Source of the DNA: the human T2T-CHM13v2.0 reference genome, Homo sapiens
Length of the DNA stretch: 64,000 nt
Reading direction: 5' to 3' (one strand)
Assembly: GCF_009914755.1 (NCBI RefSeq)
Contig: NC_060925.1
Position numbers and translations under genes: made by a program. Below the pieces are notes generated by a model. The model saw nothing but the letters and a program-made list of their open reading frames with translations, was not told the origin of the DNA and did not search any database. Position 1 is the stretch's first letter, and each line of letters begins with the position of its first letter. Shown piece after piece: positions 20,348-45,870 of this stretch.

Positions 20348-21722
20348 TAGTAGAGAAAGGGTTTCACCGTATTAGCCAGGATGGTGTCTTATCTCCTGAC
20401 CTTGTGATCCACCTGCCTCGGCCTCCCAGAGTGTTGGGATTACAGGTGTAAGCCACCACGCCTGGCCTCTGCTAATTTTTGTATTTTTAGTAGAGATGGG
20501 GTTTCGCCATCTCGGCCAGGCCGGTCTCAAAGTCCTGACCTCAGGGGATCCACCTGCCTTGGCCTCCCAAGGTGCTGGGATTCTAGATGTGAGTCGCCGT
20601 GCCTGGCCTTTTTTCGCTATTCTCTAGAAGAGTTTGGGCACAGCTAAGATAATAGTTGCTTCTAAATTTTCTGATTTAATTATGAAAGTTGAATGGTGCT
20701 CCCATTTTTGAACCATGCTTTATCTGTAGTTGTGTCCCCTTGTTATTCATAGTGTTCCTTATTTGTATTTTGGTTTTGTTAATTCTCTATAAGTTTCTGT
20801 TTTTCATTTCTTTGATTTGCGCGCATCTCTTTTGGTTTCTTGGGTAGATTTTGCCCTTGATCTGGTAATTTAACTTTAATTTTTATTCTTTCTAGAAAAT
20901 TCTAAAATTTTAAGTCTATACATTTTCCTCAAAGCACCACTTTAGCTACATTCCCCAAGTTTTGATAGGTAGTTATCATTTTGATTTAGTATTTTAAGTT
21001 TCTCCATTAGTTTGACTGAATAGTCATTTTAAAATTTAAATAACTTTAACCTTTAGTATTTAAACATTAAACATAGAAGTTTTTAAGTTTAATTTATCTT
21101 TTACTTTTATGCTATCCTTTTTCCTGATTCAATTTTTATTGCAATGAAAAATTTCTGAAATTATTTTTTAGAAACAGCGTCTCACTATGTTGCCCAGGCT
21201 GATGTTGAACTTCTGGGCTCAAGTAATCATTCCACCTTAACCTCCCAGAGTGCTAGGATTACAGGTGTGGCACCGTGCCCTGCTTGAAATTCTTGGTTGG
21301 GTGCTGAGCATATATCTTTTGCCCTGACAAGAATGACATTTTAGCTGCTTATGTGATTCTTATTTTGCAGGGGAGGGGACAGGGTCTCACACTGTCACCC
21401 AGGCTGGAGTGCAATGGTGCGATGTCAGCTCACTGCATCCTCTGCCTCCCTCAGGCTCAAGTGATCCTCTTACCTCAGCCTCCCTTATTACTGGGACTAC
21501 AGTGCACGCCACCACACCAGGCTAATTTTTGTTAGAGACAGTTTCACCATGTTACCCAGGCAGGTCTCAATCTCCTGAGCTCAAGTGATTCACCTGCCTT
21601 CACCAGGGAAGCCTTTTCTAGATCTCCCTGTACTCTAAAAATCAATATTCTTGGCTGGGTGCAGTGGCTCAAGCCTGTAATTCCAGCACTTTGGAGGCCG
21701 AGGCAGGCGGATCACGAGGTCA

Positions 21723-22114
<392 letters not shown>

Positions 22115-23242
22115 TCACTGAAACCTCTGCCTCCCAGGTTCAAGCAATTCTTATGCCTCAGCCTCCTGAGTAGCTGGGATTACAGGCACGTGCCACCATA
22201 CCTGGCTAATTTTTGTATTTTTGTAGAGACGGGGTTTTGCCACGTTGGCCAGGCTGGTCTTGAACTCCTGACCTCAAATGATCCACCCACCTCAGCCTCC
22301 CAAAGTGCTGGGATTACAGGCGTGAGCCACTGTGCCTGCCTAACAATATTATTCTGTTGAGACAAGGTCTCACTCTGTCACCCAAGGTGTGGAGTGCAGG
22401 GGCACAATCACAGCTCACTGCAGTCTTAACTTTCCAGGCTCAAGTCATCCTTGCATCTGAACCTCCCAAGTAGCTGGGACCACAGGCGTGTGTCACTATG
22501 CCCAGCTAATTTTTTATTTTTTTGTAGAGACAGGTCACCCTATGTTGCCCAGGCTGGTCTCGAACTCCTGGGGTCAAGTGATCCTCCCACCTCAACCTCT
22601 CAAAGTGCTGGGATTGCAGGTGTGAGCCACCATGCCTGGCCAAGAAAGTCATTTTGAATTGACTTGATAATTGGTTTTCAGAAAAAGTCTTAATGTTAAC
22701 AATCTCTGCAATTCAAAAGGGACAACTATTTCTCAATTTTGCGTAAGATTCTATTCAAGTTAGCTTAGATTTGGATGATTTGGTATGATACATATGTTGG
22801 TTTCTTAAAGAATAACATCTATTATAATTAATCTCATTATAGAGAACACAGACAACAAAGTTAATAGTATGGCAAATCAGACAGCTTCATTCTTAGTTAT
22901 CTGCTCTTTGGTTAATTTATTGCATTCAAATCACTATGTAAAGGGAATTTTCATGATAATTTATAAATTTTGAATTCTAATTTTTTTCTAATCTTACCCA
23001 TTTTGCTAGTGAACTTTTTATTAATTTATTATGGAGTGCACCCAGCATAGTTTTCTTAACTAAGCTCATATTCTTACCAAGTTTCTCAAGAGAATTCTTT
23101 AGTAAGTAATTTTTCATTTTTTTGTATTTCAGATTGACGTATTTTAAGATTTTTTTAACTTCTGAAGTCTAGCAGGCCTGTAAGAACAAAAATCATTCTG
23201 TAGGAATTAAAAACAGAATCCAGTCTTGACAACATATCCACA

Positions 23243-24250
23243 ATGTCTGATGTATCTACTAGTGTACAATCAAAATTTGCTAGACTTGCAAAGAAAAAGG
23301 AAAATATCACCTATATGAAAAGAGAGCAGTTAACAGAAACTGATAAGGACATAGCTCCGGTATTAGATTTAAAATGCAAGGACGTATCAGCAATTATGAA
23401 TAAGTTTAAGGTCTTAATGGAAATTCAAGACCTGATGTTTGAGGAGATGAGGGAAACTCTTAAAAATGACCTAAAAGCAGTTTTAGGAGGAAAAGCTACA
23501 ATACCTGAGGTAAAGAATTCAGAGAACTCCAGTAGTAGGACAGAGTTTCAGCAAATAATCAATTTAGCATTACAAAAAACAGGGATGGTAGGGAAAATAG
23601 AAGGAGAAAACTCTAAAATAGGTGATGATAATGAAAATTTAACCTTTAAATTAGAAGTAAATGAGCTGAGTGGTAAATTAGACAACACTAACGAATACAA
23701 TAGTAATGATGGTAAGAAATTACCCCAGGGTGAATCACGAAGTTACGAAGTCATGGGAAGTATGGAAGAAACCTTATGCAATATAGATGACAGAGATGGA
23801 AATCGCAATGTCCATTTAGAATTTACAGAAAGAGAGAGTAGGAAGGATGGAGAGGATGAATTTGTCAAAGAAATGAGAGAGGAAAGAAAATTTCAGAAAT
23901 TGAAGAATAAAGAGGAGGTTTTAAAAGCCTCCAGAGAAGAAAAAGTGTTGATGGATGAAGGAGCAGTACTTACCCTGGCAGCCGACCTTTCATCAGCAAC
24001 ACTGGATATTAGTAAGCAATGGAGTAATGTCTTCAACATTCTGAGAGAAAATGATTTTGAACCTAAATTTCTGTGTGAAGTTAAATTAGCATTTAAATGT
24101 GATGGTGAAATAAAGACATTTTCAGATCTGCAAAGCCTTAGAAAATTTGCCAGCCAAAAATCTTCTATGAAAGAATTACTGAAAGATGTACTCCCACAAA
24201 AGGAAGAAATAAATCAAGGAGGAAGAAACTATGGAATTCAAGAAAAAAGG
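23243..24250 (+). CDS. L1TD1: L1TD1 coding exon 1 (aa 1-336; exon starts 23133); degenerate first L1 ORF1p copy ending in a CTD-like domain
   Basis: Acceptor TTTCAG|ATTG at 23132/23133; ATG 23243 MSDVSTSVQSKFARL; LAADLSSATLDISKQWSNVFNILRENDFEPK resembles the ORF1p CTD; phase-0 donor AGG|GTAAGC at 24250. Confidence 0.97.
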
Positions 24251-24345
24251 GTAAGCATACAAATGTATAAATGTATAAAGCTTATGTATAAATGTAATAG
24301 TAGGCATGGTTATTTTGAAGGATAAATCAATTTTTTTTTTCTTGA

Positions 24346-24507
<162 letters not shown>

Positions 24508-24695
24508 TAGAGATGGGGTTTCTCCATGTTGGTCAGGCTGGTCTCAAACTCCCGACCTCAGGTGATCCACCTCGGCTACCCAAAGTGCTGGGATTACAGG
24601 CGTGAGCCACTGGGCCCAGCCGGTTAAATCAATTTTTAAAAAATGATTCCTTAAAAGTAAAAGCATGATATTAAAAGTAATGATTTAAAGGGCAC

Positions 24696-25094
24696 TTTTT
24701 TTTTCTGTGAAGGTTTTATTATGGGCAGAGGGCAAGGGGGCCTTAGTCCTTCTTGGCAGCTGGTTTCATCATGGTGGCCAAGACGGCACTCAGCTCCTCT
24801 CCCTGTTGGTGTGAATGTGTGACCTCACCCTTTTCTTGATGAACTTGAGGGCCTGTTTGTCCTTTGAGACCTTGAACAACTCCGTGGTGTGATACTCTAC
24901 GTGGCGAAGCAACACACCTCTCAGATCATGTCCCACACTAACTTAGTGTGTTTGGTCAGGTGCCTGAAACAGCGGCAGTGCCTGGGCTTTTGCTCATGTT
25001 CTTGATCACCTTGTTGCCCTTGTTGAGACCCAAAGCCTTGGGGTCACACAGAGCAGTGGCTGCTGTTCTCCAATGGCTGCTGTGCTGGAAGGGG
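24696..25094 (-). pseudogene. RPL36: Processed pseudogene of RPL36 (60S protein eL36), antisense in the intron between the two L1TD1 coding exons
   Basis: Minus strand has 5' CCCCTTCC, then degenerate GLNKG, LTKHTK, KVSKDK-ALKFIKKRV and AAKKD-stop, AATAAA, and a poly-A tail (T run 24696-24704). Start codon lost; frameshifts. Symbol is the parent gene. Confidence 0.9.
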
Positions 25095-26397
25095 CTTTTT
25101 TTTTTTTTTTGAGATAAAGTCTTGCTCTATTGCCCTGGTGGGGGTGCAGTGGCTCAATCTGGGCTCACTGCACCCTCCACCTCCCAGGCTCAAGTAATCC
25201 TCCTACTCCAGCCTCCTGATAGCTGGGACCACATGCATGCACTACCACACCCAGCTAATTTTTGTACTTTTTATAGAGACGAGGTTTTGCCATGTTGCCC
25301 ATGCTGGTCTCGAACTCCTGGGCTCAAGCAGTCTACATGCCTTGGCCTCCCAAAGTGCTGGAATTACAGGTGTGAGCCACCATGCCCAGCCAAGGTCTAT
25401 ATTCGTAAGCCAATATTTTTTTACATGTTTTCAAATGAACGCTTCTCCTCTGCCTTTCCAACATTTCCAAGTGTAACCTCTGCAAAGTGAGAATCCATAA
25501 GGAAAAGGTACACTTGAATCAACAAATTATTTAAGAATCAGTATTTAATCTCAGAAATTAGCTGCCTTCCAGTGTTTCACAGATGAGGCACCTAACCTGT
25601 CTGGTGGGTTTGGGAAGGTTGAAAAGCTCAGTGGCAGACTAAGGGCTTCAAGGAATATTAGGAGCCAACATTTATATTGCAGACATCATCAGAAGCTCAA
25701 TACCTTGCTTACTTTATATTACAAAAATCCTGGAGTGATGCTGCCATTAGACCCTGCTTTATAAGGAAAATTGAGGCACTAGTAGCAAATGTGGCAATTG
25801 GGCCAGGGTTTGAATAGTTTTGAACTGAGCTTGTTGTATTCCTAACCAAAGCCTGCTTGTCTTTAAAGTCCTAAGGCTAGAGTGTAAACTGCAATTGGGG
25901 TCTTTTTTTTTTTTTTTTTTTAATTGGGTTTGTTGTCTGTGGAGAAAGGTAAATGTGAGCCTGGGGTTTTTGTTTGTGTGTGCTTATGATCTTCCTAAAG
26001 CAGATTGTAAACTTTAGCCAGATTACAATGCCTATTTACCATAGGACTCTCACATACAATAAGCAGACAATTGATTAAAATAGGTAATTACTGAGGATCA
26101 ATCACATACACAGCAGTAAGTGTTCAGGGATCTAGAAGGAAGAAAGTAGACATTATGACCTCAGAATTTGTTTCAAGATTACACAAGAAATGACAAATAT
26201 CTTAAGATGATCATAGGGAGACTTGACTTGTTTGGGGACCTAGGCCTTCAAGAACAATTAATATTTAAGCACTTTTTCAGATATTTTCTGTCAGAATTGA
26301 AGCCATATTAAAATTAGTGAAATTGAAATTTTAATTCTTTAAAAGACAAATGATTTAAACAAATAACTCTTTTTTTTCTTCTTTGTTTAACTTTCAG

Positions 26398-27987
26398 GAT
26401 AAAACCCTAATAGACTCAAAGCATAGAGCTGGAGAAATAACCAGTGATGGCTTGAGCTTCCTATTTCTTAAAGAAGTAAAAGTTGCTAAGCCAGAGGAGA
26501 TGAAAAACTTAGAGACTCAAGAGGAAGAGTTTTCCGAGCTAGAGGAGCTGGATGAAGAGGCTTCAGGGATGGAGGATGATGAAGATACCTCAGGGCTGGA
26601 GGAGGAGGAGGAAGAGCCCTCAGGGCTGGAGGAGGAAGAAGAAGAAGAGGCTTCAGGGTTGGAGGAGGATGAGGCCTCAGGGCTAGAGGAGGAAGAGGAA
26701 CAGACTTCAGAACAGGACTCAACCTTTCAGGGTCATACTTTGGTAGATGCAAAGCATGAAGTTGAGATAACCAGTGATGGCATGGAAACTACTTTCATTG
26801 ACTCTGTAGAGGATTCTGAATCAGAGGAGGAAGAGGAAGGAAAGAGCTCTGAAACAGGAAAGGTAAAGACTACCTCCCTGACTGAGAAAAAAGCCTCACG
26901 TAGACAAAAAGAAATTCCCTTTAGTTATTTGGTTGGGGACTCTGGGAAGAAAAAGTTGGTGAAACACCAGGTGGTGCACAAAACCCAGGAGGAAGAGGAA
27001 ACAGCTGTGCCCACAAGTCAAGGAACTGGCACACCCTGTCTGACCTTATGTTTGGCCTCTCCCTCAAAGTCACTAGAGATGAGTCATGATGAGCATAAAA
27101 AGCATTCACATACAAATTTGAGTATTTCAACAGGAGTCACCAAACTTAAGAAAACAGAAGAAAAGAAACACAGAACTCTGCACACAGAAGAACTAACATC
27201 CAAAGAAGCAGACTTAACAGAGGAAACAGAAGAAAACTTGAGAAGTAGTGTGATTAATAGCATCAGAGAGATAAAAGAGGAGATTGGAAATTTGAAAAGT
27301 TCCCATTCAGGTGTCTTGGAAATTGAAAATTCAGTAGATGATCTGAGTAGCAGAATGGACATACTTGAAGAAAGAATAGACAGTCTAGAAGATCAAATTG
27401 AAGAATTCTCTAAGGATACAATGCAAATGACCAAACAGATAATTAGTAAAGAAAGGCAAAGAGATATAGAGGAGAGATCTAGAAGTTGCAACATTCGTTT
27501 GATAGGAATTCCAGAAAAGGAGAGTTATGAGAATAGGGCAGAGGACATAATTAAGGAAATAATTGATGAAAACTTTGCAGAACTAAAGAAAGGTTCAAGT
27601 CTTGAGATTGTCAGTGCTTGTCGAGTACCTAGTAAAATTGATGAAAAGAGACTGACTCCTAGACACATCTTGGTGAAATTTTGGAATTCTAGTGATAAAG
27701 AGAAAATAATAAGGGCTTCTAGAGAGAGAAGAGAAATTACCTACCAAGGAACAAGAATCAGGTTGACAGCAGACTTATCACTGGACACACTGGATGCTAG
27801 AAGTAAATGGAGCAATGTCTTCAAAGTTCTGCTGGAAAAAGGCTTTAATCCTAGAATCCTATATCCAGCCAAAATGGCATTTGATTTTAGGGGTAAAACA
27901 AAGGTATTTCTTAGTATTGAAGAATTTAGAGATTATGTTTTGCATATGCCCACCTTGAGAGAATTACTGGGGAATAATATACCTTAG
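26398..27987 (+). CDS. L1TD1: L1TD1 coding exon 2 (aa 337-865): Glu-rich region, coiled coil, RRM and CTD of L1 ORF1p origin
   Basis: Pyrimidine tract then TTTCAG|GAT at 26397/26398. 1008+1590 nt gives 865 aa. Motifs NIRLIGIPE, TPRHILVKF, IRLTADLS and ILYPAKMAF match the L1 ORF1p RRM/CTD. Confidence 0.98.
   Translation, partial: DKTLIDSKHRAGEITSDGLSFLFLKEVKVAKPEEMKNLETQEEEFSELEELDEEASGMEDDEDTSGLEEEEEEPSGLEEEEEEEASGLEEDEASGLEEEEEQTSEQDSTFQGHTLVDAKHEVEITSDGMETTFIDSVEDSESEEEEEGKSSETGKVKTTSLTEKKASRRQKEIPFSYLVGDSGKKKLVKHQVVHKTQEEEETAVPTSQGTGTPCLTLCLASPSKSLEMSHDEHKKHSHTNLSISTGVTKLKKTEEKKHRTLHTEELTSKEADLTEETEENLRSSVINSIREIKEEIGNLKSSHSGVLEIENSVDDLSSRMDILEERIDSLEDQIEEFSKDTMQMTKQIISKERQRDIEERSRSCNIRLIGIPEKESYENRAEDIIKEIIDENFAELKKGSSLEIVSACRVPSKIDEKRLTPRHILVKFWNSSDKEKIIRASRERREITYQGTRIRLTADLSLDTLDARSKWSNVFKVLLEKGFNPRILYPAKMAFDFRGKTKVFLSIEEFRDYVLHMPTLRELLGNNIP
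26560..26710 (+). repeat. L1TD1: Coding tandem repeat, 5 x [x-S-G-L/M-E-(E/D)n]
   Basis: Five TCAGGG(A/C/T)T(G/A)GAGGA units separated by GAG/GAA/GAT runs. Confidence 0.9.
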
Positions 27988-28145
27988 CACTCTAGGGTGA
28001 CTACAAACAATATGCTTTCCTCCCCCAGCATGCATCCAAAAATCAACAAGTAAAACGAAAGTACACTTCTACCCAGAAGGATGGACAGCTAATAGCGTAC
28101 TTGGGGATGAGGAGCAAGGAATATTACAGATATTACCTAGATGTT

Positions 28146-28151
28146 AATAAA
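28146..28151 (+). terminator. L1TD1: Candidate proximal poly(A) signal of L1TD1
   Basis: AATAAA ~160 nt after the stop; caveat: A8 at 28162-28169 could cause internal priming. Confidence 0.45.
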
Positions 28152-28171
28152 GGGTATGTTTAAAAAAAATA

Positions 28172-28282
28172 GGCTGGTCTCAATGTAGTGAGTTATTTCA
28201 GTTGATCACAGTCAGTTACAGATAGAATTCCTTGTTTTACTTCCCCCCCACCACCTCCCTACTGCAGTTGACTAGTCTTTTT
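28172..28282 (+). pseudogene. Y1 RNA (RNY1-derived) retrocopy, sense, within the L1TD1 3'UTR
   Basis: GGCTGGTCTCAATGTAGTGAGTTATTTCAGTTGATCACAGTCAGTTACAGATAGAATTCCTTGTTTTAC...CTACTGCAGTTGACTAGTCTTTTT aligns end to end with hY1 (GGCTGGTCCGAAGGTAGTGAGTTATCTCAATTG...CTACTGCACTTGACTAGTCTTTT). Confidence 0.93.
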
Positions 28283-28298
28283 AGAATTTATATTATCT

Positions 28299-28620
<322 letters not shown>

Positions 28621-28922
28621 CTATACTGTTGGGGGAGGGCTGCACCTGTCAAGATAACCTGTCAATGTAGTAGGAAAACAGGAGGGGACAGTAACAGAAA
28701 AGCACGGGAAAAGATGGCAAGGTTAGTTAAAATAGAAAAGTGCTCAGTTCCTCATACCTGTAATCCCAGCAGTTTAGGGGGCCAAGGCAGGTGGGTCACT
28801 TGAGCCCAAGAGTTCAAGGCCATCCTGGGCAATGTGGCGAAAGTGTCTACAAAAAAATACAAAAAGAGGAAGAAATGATATTTCACAAGTTTGTATCATT
28901 TGTCATGATGTGACTCGAATAT

Positions 28923-28928
28923 ATTAAA
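28923..28928 (+). terminator. L1TD1: Probable distal poly(A) signal of L1TD1
   Basis: ATTAAA followed by T/GT-rich downstream sequence. Confidence 0.6.
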
Positions 28929-29292
28929 TCTTTTTCCTTTGAATACTGTATACTGTTTGCTTAAAAATTTTGATCTTACATTTTCTGAAGTACTTTGTCA
29001 TACGTAGTGTGATAAGTTAAATTTTACTGCACGAACCCATTCCTGGAGAGATGAAATCTCTTCCATAGCATGTGACACTTAGGTTTTCATTTAATTATTT
29101 AAGAATGAAATGAGGCAGCCAGGTGCCATTGCTCACACCTGTAATCCAAGCACTTTGGGAGGCCAAGGTAGGTGGATTAGGAGGTCAAGAGATCAAGACC
29201 ATCATGGCCAACATGGTGAAACCCCATCTCTACTAAAAATACAACAAAATTAGTCGGACATGGTGGTGCTTGCCTGTAGTCCCAGCTATTCA

Positions 29293-29463
<171 letters not shown>

Positions 29464-29488
29464 TTAGACTGCTACTAGGACTAATTCA

Positions 29489-29686
<198 letters not shown>

Positions 29687-29889
29687 TTACTTGGGTGTGG
29701 TGGTGGGCACCTGTAATCCCAGCTACTTGGGAAGCTAGGCATGATAACCGCTTGAACCTAGGAAGTGGAGGTTGCAGTGAGCCAAAATTGTGCCACTGCA
29801 CTCCAGCTTGGGAGACAGAATGAGTGAAATTCGTCTCAAAAGAAATCAGGCCAGGCGTGATGGCTCAATCCCATAATCCCTGTCTGCAA

Positions 29890-30136
29890 AGATGAGGCAG
29901 AGATTGGAGTGATACTTCTGCAAGCCAAGGAACACCATGTGTTCTCAGCAACTTTAGCTTCTCAGAAGCTAAAGGAGGTAAGGAAGGAATCTTCCCTAGA
30001 TCTTCTGGTGTGAGCATGATCCTGCCAATACCTTGATCTCAGACTTCTAGCCTCCAGAACCACAAGGGAATACATTCTTATTTTAAGTCACCTAGCTTGT
30101 GGTACTTTGTGATGGCAGGCCTACAAAATGAATGCA
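29890..30136 (+). mobile_element. MLT1 (MaLR) LTR 3' fragment
   Basis: gcagagattggagtgat..caagccaaggaacac..ccttgatctcagacttctagcctccagaac motifs. Confidence 0.75.
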
Positions 30137-30344
30137 GTAGTCACAAACCCAATTCACCTCTCAAACACCGCTGTCCCCTAGACTCATAGCCGGTTGCTGC
30201 AGAGATATTGGTGGGTGGAAGATTAGAAGAGGCCAAACCACAGGAATCTGCTTACTGATTTATTTGCAGCAGCCAGGTTGAGAGAGAAGTCTGCACCTCT
30301 GCAGTAGCCTCAACATGGATGCTTACATTGACATTTATTTTTGA

Positions 30345-30509
<165 letters not shown>

Positions 30510-30969
30510 TAGAGACAGAGTTTCACCATGTTGCCCAGGCTGGTCTCAAACTCCTGGGCTCAAGTGATCAGCACCACCTTAACGTCCCAAAGTGCTGGGA
30601 TTATAAGCGTTGAGCCACCTTGCCTGAGCACTTTGACATATTTATACAAAGTCAAGACTTGTCTTATCTTGTGGGGTTTATTTGAGTATAGTAATTAAGC
30701 CACTTTTTTCCAAGGCTGAGGGAAAGGAAAAGAGAATTCCAGTGCAGAAAGTAGATAGAATTGAGAATCTCCTGTCCCTGCTACTCGATCAAGTCTAGGC
30801 AGGGTCCCTCTCTTGATTTTCCCCTTTATCCTCAGTCCTCACTCATTCTTCCCCTGCCTCCCAGTGTTCACCTACTCCATGTGTCATGTAAATCCTTGGA
30901 GACATGGATTTCTTCTAAAATACATCATTTTGTGAGTGTGTTCTTAATGTATGGAAGTGATTGTAGTAC

Positions 30970-32037
<1,068 letters not shown>

Positions 32038-32196
32038 CACCTGAAGGCCTAGGATGAAATATGTATTTTCCCTGTATCCTCCCTTGCATTCTCATTTTTA
32101 CCACCACAAAACCATATCCCTTCTCTGATTAGTGAAGTTGAGAATCTCTTCATATATTTTTCAGCCATTTAGAGTTTGTCTTCTGTGAATTGCTGA

Positions 32197-32728
<532 letters not shown>

Positions 32729-32948
32729 TGACCAGGCTGGTCTCAAACTCTTGACCTCAGGTGATCCACCTGCCTCGGTCTCCCAACGTGCTGGAATTAT
32801 AGGCATGAGCCACCATCAATGTTCTTTCATCAATTTCAAAAACAAACACCTCTTTTCTTTTTATTGCTAGTTTGCAGAAGTTCCTCATATATCTGGGTAG
32901 TAATCCCATTTTTTTTTATTGTTTTTATTTTATTTTTCTTTTTTCTGA

Positions 32949-33125
<177 letters not shown>

Positions 33126-33224
33126 TAGCCAGGCTGGTCTTGAACTCCTGACCTTGTGATCCACCAATCTCGGCCTCCCAAAGTGCTGGGATTAGAGGCG
33201 TGAGCCACTGAGCCCGGTCAATGA

Positions 33225-33497
<273 letters not shown>

Positions 33498-33602
33498 TGA
33501 GCCACTGCGCCAGGGCCCGGTCAGTGATCTTAAATTTCAAATGGTTCATCTGTGTTTTTCAAACTTACGTTATTTGTATTTTCGTGTATTGCCTTCAGGT
33601 GT

Positions 33603-35526
<1,924 letters not shown>

Positions 35527-35579
35527 TAAAGAAATAGAAACATCCTAGGGACTTAGAAGCTCCCAGCCCACGTGTCCTT

Positions 35580-44155
<8,576 letters not shown>

Positions 44156-45659
44156 CGAATGTGAGTGCGTTAAAACCCAGATCGGGTCTGATTGGGGTTG
44201 GCACCCAGGTGGCTCCATAATTGTTGCTGTCCTGAATTATTGCCCTCTTTGCTACTTGGACCGAACCCCATCTTGGGACCACCGACTTCCTCTGACTCCT
44301 GGTCAGGCTCCTGGGCGGCAAATCCTGGCCCCTGGTATGGTCCCGCCTGCCTCTCTGTCCCCTTGTCTACCTGACCAGACCTCTGAACTTCAAGGCCTGG
44401 ATGCCCTGTCTCTCCTCCTGTGAGGCTCTGTCCTACCTCACGTTGGGACCTAGGGCACTCTGTTGTACAACTCCAGGGAGCACCATTGTGTCTTCTGTAA
44501 ATGGCAGCTCCTGGAACACAGTGAGCCCTCAATAGGGCATGTCAGCTGTGGGCTCAGACATCCTTTGGGTCTGGCAGTGCTCCATTTCATGTGCCCTGTC
44601 ACCCTCACCCCTCTTTTTCCATCCCACTTCTCCTAGCTGGACCAAGCTAGGCGTCATCTACAAGCCCGGTGTGCTGACCAGGGAATGTGTGGGGCTTGGG
44701 GCATGGGGACAATAAATAACATGACTTTTCTCATTTCCCAGGCAGGTAACCAATTGAAAGATAAGATACCATAGACAGACATCAACTTTATTCCTGACTA
44801 AAGCTCAAAAGAAGGGCGTGGCGTAGATTTACAGTGACCATCCTAACACTCACGCGCAGAGTCACACGGTCCCACACTGGGCTGGACCAGCCCTGCTAAG
44901 CCCACAAGAGGTGGGGAGAACAGCAGCCGCTTCCTCTTTGTGGGGCCCAGGCCTGAGCTTCCCTCCGTTCCTGCCCCGGATCTGACCACTGGGATTGTGG
45001 GAGAGGGTGTCAAAGGACAGTTTTCTCCCATAGTTTTCCCTTCCAGGGAGAAGAGTGGAAATCCCCTCATCTCAAAGGCAACACGAGATTGGAGAATGTA
45101 CTCTCAAATCCCCAAACAGCAACAGAATTGTTCTGCTTGCTTCAGAGCAGAGGCTCCGCAGCCCTTTCCAGACCTCTCCCAAGCGTGGAAATGGACGAAG
45201 GGCTGGATGGGGCTCAGAGGGGAGGTCAGGCGGGACTCCCTCAGACAGCAGCTGGGGTTCCTCTGTTCCAGGCCCAGCTCTCACTGAAACAGGAGAGGGT
45301 GTGAAGGAATGGATTTGGAACTGTCAAGAACTCCTTCCTTAGTGGGCAGTGGAGGTAATGCGGGGTTCAGACCATCTGTGCCCTGGACAGAGGCCTCTTT
45401 CTTCCCCAGGAATGCTAAGCACATGGGCATCCTGATACCTCAACTCCTCCAGTCCCAAATACTCTGCCTGTTTGTCCCCTTTGTCCTGAGCCACCCCGTA
45501 GGACCTGCAGGTCAGGCACTGACTTCATGTCAGGTCCCCGAAGCAGTTTTGTTCTCTCAGCAGTGTCCACTGGCCTGCAGCCAGGCACCTCTCTCCCCCA
45601 GCCTGGGTCACTGGCAAGGGAGCAAGAAGAGTTCTGGGCTCACAGCAGGCAGTGGAGTG

Positions 45660-45870
45660 TAGTCACAGAGCCTGATCCGGCTTGAAATCCCAGATCCTTT
45701 GCTTACTAGGCTGTGTGGCCTTAGGTGAGTTACTTAATCTCTCCGTGCTTCAGTTTCTGCATATGTAAAACAGGGATAATATCTAGCTCACTGGGTTATG
45801 ATGAGACGTAAGTAACTTCATACAAACCCCTTAGGACTGATGCCTGGGCATTTCTAAGTACTCAGTGAAG
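45660..45870 (+). mobile_element. MIR
   Basis: ctgtgtggccttaggtgagttacttaatctctccgtgcttcagtttctgcatatgtaaaa core. Confidence 0.8.

Noticed and set aside
24251-24325. ORF-track extension VSIQMYKCIKLMYKCNSRHGYFEG
   Set aside because: Lies beyond the AGG|GTAAGC donor; intronic read-through made of short TGTATAAA repeats.
26383-26397. Apparent separate 534-aa gene starting MFNFQ
   Set aside because: The start is a TTG within the polypyrimidine tract; the ORF is the spliced second coding exon of L1TD1.
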